Notes under the pieces: model-generated | Databases searched by the model: none | What the model saw: the letters and a program-made list of their open reading frames with translations, nothing else | Told to the model about the DNA's origin: nothing | NCBI RefSeq assembly: GCF_006345805.1 | Contig: NW_021826513.1 | Span: forward strand, 1-12,728 | DNA from: Octopus sinensis | Taxonomy: Eukaryota | DNA length: 12,728 nucleotides | Direction of reading: 5' to 3' | Shown here: positions 1 through 8,885 of the stretch, one piece after another | How positions within the stretch are numbered: the first letter of the stretch is position 1 | How the letters are laid out: every line of letters begins with the position of its first letter | Position numbers and translations under genes: made by a program

Positions 1-32
<32 letters not shown>
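1..32. repeat. (TA)n microsatellite, runs off left edge
   Basis: Alternating TA seen directly. Confidence 0.9.
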
Positions 33-816
33 CTATATGTAAACGTTAAAAAAAACACCAAACTGGGACAAGAACGTGAAACATTTTGAAGACGACAAAA
101 AAACAACACAGACGGGACTTTCAAATCTCTCAGTCATCAGTCAAGAACCAGATCATCTTCGCAATTTCGGCTGATTAATCTTGAGATTGCTCCAATCTGG
201 GCAGCCCGCCAAGGGAAATCTAAGCCAGTTGCATTAGATTCCTTGGAAGAAAACCTCGAAAGTATACAACACGGTGACGGAAAAATGGACGATGTTACTC
301 GAAAAAAATTCAAAAATATGTAAAAACAATACCGATAGCACGGATAGGAATACAAAATAACGTAAAAACAATAACAAAACCAGGACGTCAGGACAAGCGT
401 CTTTCGACAGGACGAGTTAAGTATAGGCTGGCTGTGGAACAAGTGCCTGAAGGCAAACGGAGCACAAACAATTAGGTGTGGTCACAGCAGCTACTTGATG
501 CGAAAAGGCAGTAGTAGCTAGCTGGTCACGTGAGCACAAAAGGGAGAAAGGGACAGATGAAGAGAGAAGCAAGAGAGGGAAAGGGACAGGTCAAGTGGGG
601 TATAAGGTCTGAGAGGCAGAGAAATGTGGGAGAGGAGGGATGGAGGAAGGGAGAAAGAAAGAAGGGGAACAAGGGAGGAGAAGAAAAAGAGGGAAAGAGA
701 CAGAACAAGGGGAGTGCAAAGGGTGAAGGCAGAGAAAAGTAGGAGGGGGAGGAAGAGAGACAGGGGGGGAAAAAGACGACCAAAAAACAACACAGACGGG
801 ACTTTCGAAGCTCTCA
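33..816 (-). mobile_element. Non-coding interspersed repeat with 44-bp terminal direct repeat, possibly a Penelope-derived non-autonomous element
   Basis: 89-132 and 773-816 match at 41/44 nt (AAGACGAC.AAAAAACAACACAGACGGGACTTTC.AA.CTCTCA). Bounded by (TA)n on both sides; no credible ORF. PLE origin and strand are inference. Confidence 0.45.
530..775. repeat. Purine-rich (G/A) low-complexity tract
   Basis: Plus strand is nearly all A/G; it explains the R/E/K/G-rich and L/S/P/F-rich spurious ORFs. Confidence 0.8.
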
Positions 817-888
817 ATATAATATATATATATGCTATATGTTTATATATATATATATATAAATATTATATATAATATATATATATAT
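817..888. repeat. (TA)n microsatellite, imperfect
   Basis: Seen directly. Confidence 0.9.
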
Positions 889-1440
889 GAAATAATTCCA
901 AGAAAGTTAGAGGCTGTGAATCCAACCAACTAAGGGATAATATCTATCCCATATACTGCTGGTAGAATATCCAATTATTAATACACAAGTTATTTTTATT
1001 GCATTGCAATTACATTACCGAGTGTACTAAATGGATGAAGGTAAAGAGATATTTTACCATTAATTTATAGAGCAATAAGAAAATGGAGGGGAACAATCAA
1101 CTTTTAGACATTATATTATGTCAACTTATTTATTTACTAAAATGCCAATTACAAGAATATACATACATGTGTAACATATTATGCTTTTCATATAAAATAT
1201 ATTAATATATAAAGATACCAGTAATTATTAAATATAACATACAGAGATAGAAATTGGGAAAATATCTTACAGCTGTTTCAGCCAAGAGGTAAAAATACCT
1301 CATTCTATCTTTATCCCTCCAGTAGACTGAAGTAATTAGTAGATGAAATTGAGGTACTTGGGTGTTTTTGTAGGCTTCATCAGAGATTTTATAAAGTACA
1401 TAAAGTTAAGATATAAATAAATAAAAAATATAGACACATT
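889..1440 (-). mobile_element. Hammerhead-containing non-autonomous element, PLE pLTR-like
   Basis: Contains the hammerhead at 1259-1390, a minus-strand AATAAA at 995-1000, and a 3' end abutting (TA)n. Boundaries are approximate. Confidence 0.55.
1259..1390 (-). ncRNA. Type I hammerhead ribozyme with extended stem/loop II
   Basis: Minus strand reads AAAAUCU-CUGAUGA-AGCC-(89 nt)-GGCU-GAAA-CAGCUG-UA/AGAUAUUUU. Stem I is AAAAUCU:AGAU(A)UUUU, stem II is AGCC:GGCU, and stem III is palindromic. All core nucleotides are present. Confidence 0.8.
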
Positions 1441-1470
1441 TAAATACTTATACATATGCATACATATATA

Positions 1471-1702
1471 TATTTCTTTGCTACCCACAAGGGGCTAAAC
1501 ATAGAGGGGACAAACAAGGACAGACAAAGGGATTAAGTCGATTACATCGACCCCAGTGCGAAACTGGTACTTTATTTATCGACCCCGAAAGGATGAAAGG
1601 CAAAGTCGACCTCGGCGGAATTTGAACTCAGAACATAACGGCAGACAAAATACGGCTAAGCATTTCGCCTGGCGCGCTAACGTTTCTACCAGCTCGCCAC
1701 CT
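1471..1702 (-). mobile_element. tRNA-derived SINE, full length, with 16-bp TSD
   Basis: Head GGTGGCGAGCTGGTAGAAACGTTAG...GAGTTCAAATTCC carries A/B boxes. Central GACTTTGCCTTTCATCCTTTCGGGGTCGATAAA resembles a Meta/MESC-type SINE domain (from memory). TSD TATGCATACATATATA at 1455-1470 and 1703-1718. Confidence 0.85.
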
Positions 1703-1749
1703 TATGCATACATATATAAATATACATAAATACTTATATATACACAATA

Positions 1750-1942
1750 ATCAATTATGTAGCCATTTAAAGAGTTGAGGATGGGATTAGAATGATGCTG
1801 AAACTTTACTGTCTTTATGATGTTCCATAAGTCAACTTCAAAGTTCTCAAGGTCCTTTATCCAAAGAGGGCACTTTCAGAATTAAAAAGCCAAATTTATC
1901 AGTAGATGTAGTAGTAAATGGATTCTCAAAGAAGAAGTCCTT
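1750..1942 (-). pseudogene. Penelope-like element ORF, N-terminal/pre-RT fragment, decayed
   Basis: Manual translation gives KDFFFENPFTTTSTDKFGFLILKVP / KDLENFEVDLWNIIKTVKFQHHSNPILNSLN (one frameshift). This resembles the PLE motif AFFF...FGFKS.K.PP...L..FE.DL..IK.VKF...N. Confidence 0.55.
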
Positions 1943-2038
1943 ATCTGATTGCATAACCCCTTCAGCAAACGAGTATCCTCACTAATAGCCAGCCTATTCT
2001 TCAACATGCTTCAAAAACACTTTCATCCTATCCACAAA

Positions 2039-2332
2039 TATTTATATATAAAATTGAAGTTGTGTGTGTGAGAGTCTGTCTCCTCCGATTTAGATTCCTA
2101 ACTACTCCCACATTTTGCGGTGCAGTTTAACCAAAAGCGGGTATCTTATAGTCGTCATTCATATCAAGCCCTTCTGGGTATTAGCGCACGTCTATGATGA
2201 GTCTACGATTTTAAAAAAAATTTACCATCATTTTTCCGCATTTTTAATTATTTTTGCTCAGGTTATATAAGGGAAGTAACTCTCTAAAAATGCTTATATA
2301 GTTATTTCCCTTACAAACCCAAGCACTACTAG
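2039..2332 (+). mobile_element. Non-autonomous Helitron-like element, family A copy 1
   Basis: Inserted between A (2038) and T (2333) with no TSD. 5' end TATTTATATATAAAA (TC changed to TA), 3' end CTAG. About 11 substitutions versus 8042-8338 over ~273 nt. Confidence 0.8.
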
Positions 2333-2711
2333 TACAACATAAAAATATTATACTCTACAACTAGCAGGTTTGGGAAAACTATAGCAAATTATAAACACCA
2401 AAAATTCTGAAAATATGAAAGCAAAAACTCTACACCTAGCCTTACCAATTGCAACTGTGACACCCTTTCATCCTACCTTCTAAAAGGAAATTACCTCTCA
2501 AGTAACATTATCCCGTTCAACAGCATCCAAAAACAATACATCACAAACCACAGCCACATACAAAAGGTCAACAGCAAACCAGTTCAATATGATACAACCA
2601 ATACATGGATACTTTTTGCAACCAAAGCAGGAAAAACAATACTTCACTGTCTAAATATATATACAAGGATTAAAGTTCAAAAATGTCCCCCATTTAGCAA
2701 TTGGAAAGCAA

Positions 2712-2953
2712 GGACAACGAAAAACCTGGCTGAACAACGAAAAACCTGGCTGGTGACAGTCAAGGCTGATCTGGAACCCAACCGAGCCCCCCCCCCATAT
2801 CTACGGCGTTCGCTGCTGGAATAAGGAGTGGTTGGAGATCACGCAGTCGTTAGCCTCAAATTGCCAGGCCTGGTCGGCGTTTGTGAGAGATGCCGCATTG
2901 AGGATGAATGAAGCCAGCTCAACCCACCCCGGGTAAATGCAGTCAAGTCAAGT
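2712..2953 (+). mobile_element. 5'-truncated RTE-clade LINE, family X copy 1, with 14-bp TSD
   Basis: Encodes GQRKTWL..VKADLEP...IYGVRCWNKEWLEITQSLA. 3' end is CCCCGGGTAAATGC plus an (AGTCA)n tail. TSD CAATTGGAAAGCAA at 2698-2711 and 2954-2967. Confidence 0.8.
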
Positions 2954-3289
2954 CAATTGGAAAGCAATGAAGAACTGTACCTAGCATACAACAAATCTTT
3001 TGAATTCTGTACTGCTGAATTCTAACAAATTCTCTTTTTTAAGACTTAATCACAGAACAACAACTCTGAGTTGGTCTCCTCTTGCAAACACAAAATTTTT
3101 TAAACTCTGTAATTGAAGTGGTCATAAGTGTAATGTTGTGAAGTGATTGCCAAATCAGGAAGAGATAAAGTCAGGTGGACAAAACTTGCTTAGCCTTACC
3201 AAGGACAAACAACCTTTCTTGTGCTGTTGATACAAAAAAAGGCTTCCAGTTGTACTCTATAAAGTGGTGTAGGGAAAGGAATTTAACAA

Positions 3290-3911
3290 CATAAGAAGAC
3301 CCGGCAAACCAGATGAGACCATAACCCATGGCCTATGCCAGGGACATAACCAGCCCACTTATGCGTACCTTTTCCTTCTTTGGTCACTAAACTTTGCTTG
3401 CGAAGACCTGTTGAGGCAAGTGAAATCAAAATCAAAATCATTTCGATGACTGGCATCCGTGCTAGTGGGGTGCAAAGAGCATCATACGAGCGTGATCATT
3501 GACAGAGCGGCTATTCGAGTATGATCGTTGCTAGCGTCGCCTTACTGGCACTTATGCTTGTGCTAGTAGGGTCCCAATAACACCATCCGAGCGTGATCGT
3601 TGCCAGAGCAGCCAACTGGCTTCCGTACCTGTGGCACGTAAAAGGGCCGGCACCTGTGCCGGTGGCATGTGTAAAAATATTTGAGTGAGATCATTGCCAG
3701 TACCACCTGACTGGCCCCTGTACCGGTGGCACGTAAAAAGCACCCACTACACTCTCGGAGTGGTTGGCCTTAGGAAGGGCATCCAGCTGTAGAAACTTTG
3801 CCAGATCAAGACTGGAGCCTGGTGCAGCCATCTGGTTTCCAGCCCTCAGTCAAAATCGTCCAACCCATGCTAGCATGGAAAACAGACATTAAACGATGAT
3901 GATGATGATGA
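3290..3911 (+). mobile_element. 5'-truncated RTE-clade LINE: last ORF codons, long 3' UTR and (GAT)n tail
   Basis: KKTRQTR* (3293-3316) parallels AKTQAA at the end of the RTE at 11701-12114, and AGCCCACTTATGCGTACCTT parallels that element's AGCCCATTCAAAGTACCTT. Ends CCAACCCATGCTAGCATGGAAAACAGACATTAAAC(GAT)n. No clear TSD. Confidence 0.7.
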
Positions 3912-3972
3912 AGGAGTGTAAAAGCTGAGACATCTGAGCAAAAGGGATGTAACTTATAATAAGTGACTCAAG

Positions 3973-4045
3973 CCATCTGACCTAAGCCAGCATAGAAAAA
4001 TGGACTGGACATAAAATGAAGGTGGTGGTGGTGATGATGATGATG
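3973..4045 (+). mobile_element. Degenerate RTE-type 3' tail remnant
   Basis: GCCAGCATAGAAAAATGGAC..CATAAAATGA followed by (GGT/GAT)n resembles 3865-3911. Confidence 0.3.
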
Positions 4046-4788
4046 CACACAATACTTTAGTAATTAATGTTACACCATTATTTTAAAAAATTATGTCATT
4101 CACACTTTTGTTTACATTTTAATAAACAGCTTAATTTCAAAATGAGATTAAATATATATGCATATGGCTCTGTAATATATTTATATGTATAAACACATTT
4201 TTTAATCTCAAATCTGGGGACTTGTGTCTGAAATCATATTTTAAGACACAAACAGCAAACAGCTAAGTTAAATCTCTTATAGTTCTAGGTTTTATTTGTA
4301 CATTTAAGTTCAGATAGCAGCTGATTCTATCCTGGTTTTCATTATTACAAAGTCAATAATACAGTTAAGAATATACTCCTTTCAACAGATAATTGATATA
4401 GTTTCTAAAGAAGAAATCATTTTTAAGGAAGTGCCCATTTTTTATCATTTTTAGGGAGGTGAATTTATTGCATTAAGTAGAACACCCCCATAAGTTACTC
4501 TGCTATATTCTACCTCTACATTCAAATCCAGTGCAGTCAACTTTCTGTCCTTCCGATGATAGAAGTCAACAACAAATACAAATAAGTGCAAACTAGCTAT
4601 ATTACATTTACTCCAGAAAAAAAAACTGACACAGTGCCAAGTCATATGAAATCAGTAACTGGCATCGAGTCAATCACTTATACCCATACCTTACAAATGT
4701 GTGGCCTTGTGCCAGTGACTCACCCATCTTTTCTTTTTTGTTTGTTGTTATACATACTCTCTGACAAAGCCAACTGTTTGAAAGGAGT

Positions 4789-4846
4789 TATATATATACA
4801 CATATATATATATATACATATATATATACACACACACACACATATA

Positions 4847-4882
<36 letters not shown>

Positions 4883-5002
4883 CATATATATATATATACA
4901 TACATATATACATACATATACATACATATATATATACATACATATACATACATATATATATACATATATATATACATACATATACATACATATATATATA
5001 CA

Positions 5003-5042
<40 letters not shown>

Positions 5043-5209
5043 CATATATATATACATACATATATATATACATATATATATACATACATATATATATACA
5101 TACATATATATACATATATATATATACATATACATATATATATACATATACATACATATATATACATATACATATATATATACATACATATATATACATA
5201 TACATACAT

Positions 5210-5243
<34 letters not shown>

Positions 5244-5458
5244 ATATATATATACACACATATATATATATACATATATATACATATACATATATATATA
5301 TACATGTATATATACATATACATATATATATAACATGTAATATACATATACATATATATATACATGTAATATTATATATACATATATATCTATACATATA
5401 TATATAGATATAACTATAATATATACATATATATATATACATGTATATATATATATAC

Positions 5459-5507
<49 letters not shown>

Positions 5508-5751
5508 ACATATATATACATATATATATATATATATACATATATATACATATATATATTATCATATAATATACATACATAATAATATATATACATATAT
5601 ATACATAACATATATAATATATAATACATACTATCATATACACATATATATAATATACATATATATATATATAATATACATATACATATATATTATACAT
5701 ATATATAATATAACATATATATATATACATATATATATACACCACACACAC
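4789..5751. repeat. ~960 bp compound (TA)n/(TATACA)n microsatellite
   Basis: Seen directly; it is the source of all I/Y/H/T and I/Y/M/V/C ORFs. Confidence 0.95.
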
Positions 5752-6561
5752 ATTTTAAGCAAGTGCAAAGTTTTCAAAATAGCCATACATAATGCAAGCA
5801 AAGCAGACAAAAATATTACAAAGACCAACTAATGGGCAGACTTGCAAGTAACCAACAATGAAAACGTTTGTAGGAGGGATGCAATTCAGTAACGTAACCA
5901 GATTATGAAATTCTGTTTCCTTTTCCTACAATAACAGCTGCAGCAAGCACAACAATACTGTCATAAAAATATTACCCACATCATCATCATCATCGTATTC
6001 AATTGTAACAATAAGTCAGTTATTTGCTACATTGATTAGTTCATGATTTGTTCAGGCAGTTAATACCTTTCATTTGCAATATCTTCATATTCCACCATAA
6101 CAAAAGAAGAAAAAAAATTTTTTTTTCTGTCTCTGAAAAACCCTAAATGCAGTTAGAAAGGCCTGGCTAGGTAGCAAATTAACAGACATTATTTTCAGGC
6201 ATTTGGAACAAACAACAGTGCTAACATTAATTAATTAGCTATGAGAGTAAATTTAATTCGCAACAACAGCTACCACCATGACTCCTCTTGATAAATACAC
6301 CAACCCGACAACGGCATTCATACCTTCCCAAGCCATCCCTCACAGCTCTCCTTTCGCTATTATTTCTTGTCAGTCATTTTCAACTCCAACAGCCAATACC
6401 ATCGCATAACGATATTTACCTAATATTCCAGTGAGAAGTATCTATTTGCTTATGTTGGCAAAGTTTATTTGTTTGAACAAAACAATACAATACTAATGTC
6501 CAGTAGCTGTGAAAGAGGGTATTTGGTGTATTGAGATGAGAAAAAAATAATTAATAAAGAA

Positions 6562-6792
6562 TAGTGAGGCTGCATGGTTGAATGGTTAAGAAGCTTGTTT
6601 TGTAATTACAAGGTGCTAGGTTCAATCCCATAGCATGGCATTTTGGGCAAATGCTTTTTGCCGTTATCACAGATTGACCCAAACAACATAAACAAAATTA
6701 GGTAGACAGAAATGACTTAGAAGCCTGTAGGTTGTAATTAAAAGGTGTAGCCTTGTCACACTGCTGATTCTACCCTGAAGTTTATATTAAGG
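6562..6792 (+). mobile_element. Old tRNA-derived SINE, 5' part (duplicated copy A)
   Basis: Degenerate A box TGGTTGAATGG, B box GGTTCAATCC and CORE-like TTGGGCAA. About 95% identical to 7212-7445. Confidence 0.7.
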
Positions 6793-7210
6793 CGCAGGAG
6801 TGGCTGTGTGGTAAGTAGCTTGTTTACCAACCACATGGTTCCAGGTTCAGTCCCACTGTGTGGCATCTTGGGCAAGTGTCTTCTGCTATAGCCTCGGGCC
6901 GACCAATGCCTTGTGAGTGGATTTGGTAGACGGAAACTGAAAGAAGCCTGTCGTATATATGTATATATATATATGTATGTGTGCGTGTATGTGTGTCTGT
7001 GTTTGTCCCCCGTAGCATTGCTTGACAACCGATGCTGGTGTGTTTACGTCCCCGTCACTTAGCGGTTCGGCAAAAGAGACCGATAGAATAAGTACTGGGC
7101 TTCCAAAGAATAAGTCCTGGGGTCGATTTGCTCAACTAAAGGCGATGCTCCAGCATGGCTGCAATCAAATGATTGAAACAAGTATAAGAAAGAAAAGAAT
7201 ATAAAAGAAA
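6791..7210 (+). mobile_element. Young tRNA-derived CORE-type SINE with internal (TA/GT)n and A-rich tail
   Basis: A box TGGCTGTGTGG, B box GGTTCAGTCC, CORE-like TGTGGCATCTTGGGCAAGTGTCTT, internal microsatellite at ~6954-7005, and 3' GAAACAAGTATAAGAAAGAAAAG. Confidence 0.88.
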
Positions 7211-7211
7211 G

Positions 7212-7545
7212 TAGTGAGGCTGCATGGTTGAATGGTTAAGAAGCTTATTTTGTAATTACAAGGTGCTAGGTTCAATCCTACAGCATGGCATTATGGGCAA
7301 GTGCTTTTTGCCATTATTACAGATTGACCCAAACAACATAAACGAAATTAGGTAGACAGAAATGACTTAGAAGCCTGTAGGTTGTAATTAAAAGGTGTAG
7401 CCTTGTCACACTGCTGATTCCACCCTGAGGTTAAACATATTAAGGGTACACATGTTTGCAAAGTGCTCAACCGCTTACGTGCTAAACCAATGTGAAAGTA
7501 ATTCAGTTGAATGAACAACTGAATAGACAACACTGAAACTGATGG
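7212..7545 (+). mobile_element. Old tRNA-derived SINE (copy B, continues to 3' part)
   Basis: Same head as 6562-6792. Continues through GGTACACATG and the hairpin TTCAGTTG-AATGAA-CAACTGAA (~7502-7523). The 3' limit is approximate. Confidence 0.7.
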
Positions 7546-7703
7546 AGCCCCACTTATTTACTTTACTGGGCGACAATGGTTTAATGTTCATTAGGATTTA
7601 TTGCGAACGACATCATTATAACAGATATTAGCAGCTTCCACATAATAATGATATAAACTAGGACAGAAAGAGTGAGAGCAAGGGAGAGTATGTATGGGTT
7701 TTT

Positions 7704-7890
7704 CATTATAATTTTAACACCAATGTTTCCATGCAAGCATGAGCTGTTGTTTACCCCTGGGTCGTCTCTATGATGAAAGGCATTCCAACTATGACTATCC
7801 TATGTTTTCTAATGCATCAATCAAGATGGTAGGATGTGATGAGGGAATTTCACAGCTATTTCTAGCATGTCAAGTAACCATGTCAGGATC
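7704..7890 (-). mobile_element. Old retroposon fragment with RTE-type tail
   Basis: The reverse complement of 7704-7743 (CTCATGCTTGCATGGAAACATTGGTGTTAAAATTATAATG) resembles the tail at 3865-3900. The upstream extent is uncertain. Confidence 0.35.
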
Positions 7891-8041
7891 ATTGGATCAT
7901 GCAGGCATGAGTTGGACAAGTAATGTAGCACTGATGTGCCTCAAACGGAGGTTAAAGTGTAAGGATAGTATCTGTGCAGCTAAATACATATAAATGCAAT
8001 AACAGAAAAATGTGACACAACAAAGAGTTTAGTTGTTGTTA

Positions 8042-8338
8042 TCTTTATATATAAAATTGAAGTTGTGTGTGTGAGAGTCTGTCTCCTCCGATTTAGATTC
8101 CTAACTACTCCCACATTTTGCAGTGCAGTTTAACCAAAAGCGGGTATCTTATAGTCGTCATTCATATCGAGCCCTTCTAGGTATTAGGGCGCGTCTATGA
8201 TGAGTCTACGATTTTAAAAAAAATTTACCATCATTTTTTCGCATTTTTAATGATTTTTGCTCGGGTTATATAAGGGTAGTAACCCTCTAAAAATGCTTAT
8301 ATAGTTATTTCCCTTGCAACGCCGGGCGATACTGCTAG
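8042..8338 (+). mobile_element. Non-autonomous Helitron-like element, family A copy 2
   Basis: A|TC...CTAG|T boundaries, 5' TCTTTATATATAAAA, 3' CAACGCCGGGCGATACTGCTAG, no TSD. Confidence 0.85.
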
Positions 8339-8535
8339 TAGGTTTTAAAGCTTAACCATATTGTCAGAGTAGGTACATGATTGGAAAGATACAAATATAC
8401 ACTGAAAGTATGGAAAGATACACAGGCAAAATTAGGTAGATAGAAGGTTAAATTAAGGAAAAATAAATAATAGCTTAAGTTAGAAAATAGGTCTGCTTAC
8501 TAGATGAGCATTTTTTTTTGCAGTTTATATCTTTA

Positions 8536-8885
8536 CTAGCACTATGACCCGGCAAATGCATGCATATACAGCTGCATGCGTGCGCACATACATGGGAGTA
8601 TTGTCCAATTCTCCGACCAATCACATACAGCTAGCTGGCATTCAATTGGCGTATCAAGTTTCGGGCATTTTGATTGGGTTTTGGATAGAAAATTCACAAA
8701 AAAGTCACTTCTATTGATTTTCTAATGGCTTTGCGGGGTGACTGGGGAAATGTAAAGATGTGCACGACCACCCTTGGACGGTTTTGAATGACCATAGAAA
8801 GTGCGAGCCCTCTAACTGAAAAATTGTGGATTTGTATAAAGGACACACACACAGACAGACATTTTGCCATTTATATATAGAGAGA
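8536..8885 (-). mobile_element. Non-autonomous Helitron-like element, family B
   Basis: Minus strand: A|TCTCTCTATATATAAATGGCAAAATGTCTGTCTGTGTG ... TTTGCCGGGTCATAGTGCTAG|T. Confidence 0.8.

Larger units (their letters stand above)
1943..3110 (+). pseudogene. Penelope-like element ORF C-terminus including GIY-YIG endonuclease, decayed and interrupted by a Helitron and an RTE
   Basis: Frame-hopping translation: I*LHNPFSKRVSSLIASLFFNMLQKHFHPIHK|YNIKILYSTT...CNCDTLSSYLLKGNYLSSNII...TYKRSTANQF..YNQYMDTFCNQSRKNNTSLSKYI..NWKAMKNC..CTAEF*QILF..SELVSSCKHK. These follow PLE motifs WFNPPFS, KHF, NIKISYS, CNC..CPL.G.CL..NIIY, YIG, TSLSKYI and SEL.S.C.H in order. Confidence 0.75.

Noticed and set aside
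137-875. Several 70-101 aa ORFs
   Set aside because: They derive from the purine-rich tract and repeat sequence, with no recognisable domain.
3460-3740. Repeat-spacer appearance suggestive of a CRISPR array
   Set aside because: Repeats are degenerate and irregularly spaced, inside a eukaryotic retroelement 3' UTR, with no cas genes.
4389-4458. Possible plus-strand exon (TTTCAACAG acceptor, GAG|GTGAAT donor)
   Set aside because: All three frames contain stops.
4451-4645. 64-aa minus-strand ORF (..DFYHRKDRKLTALDLNVEVEY..)
   Set aside because: No recognisable homology and weak splice signals; cannot be supported without RNA data.
4586-5828. Long ORFs of 64-343 aa
   Set aside because: They are translations of the (TA/CA)n array with I/Y/H/T or I/Y/M/V/C composition.
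5979-5996. (CAT)n run like a minus-strand RTE tail
   Set aside because: The adjacent sequence does not continue as the TTTAA/CATG tail motif; treated as a simple repeat.
6791-6860. tRNA gene-like A/B boxes (also at ~1620-1702 and ~9690-9765)
   Set aside because: No complete cloverleaf, and each is followed by SINE body and tail, so these are SINE heads rather than tRNA genes.
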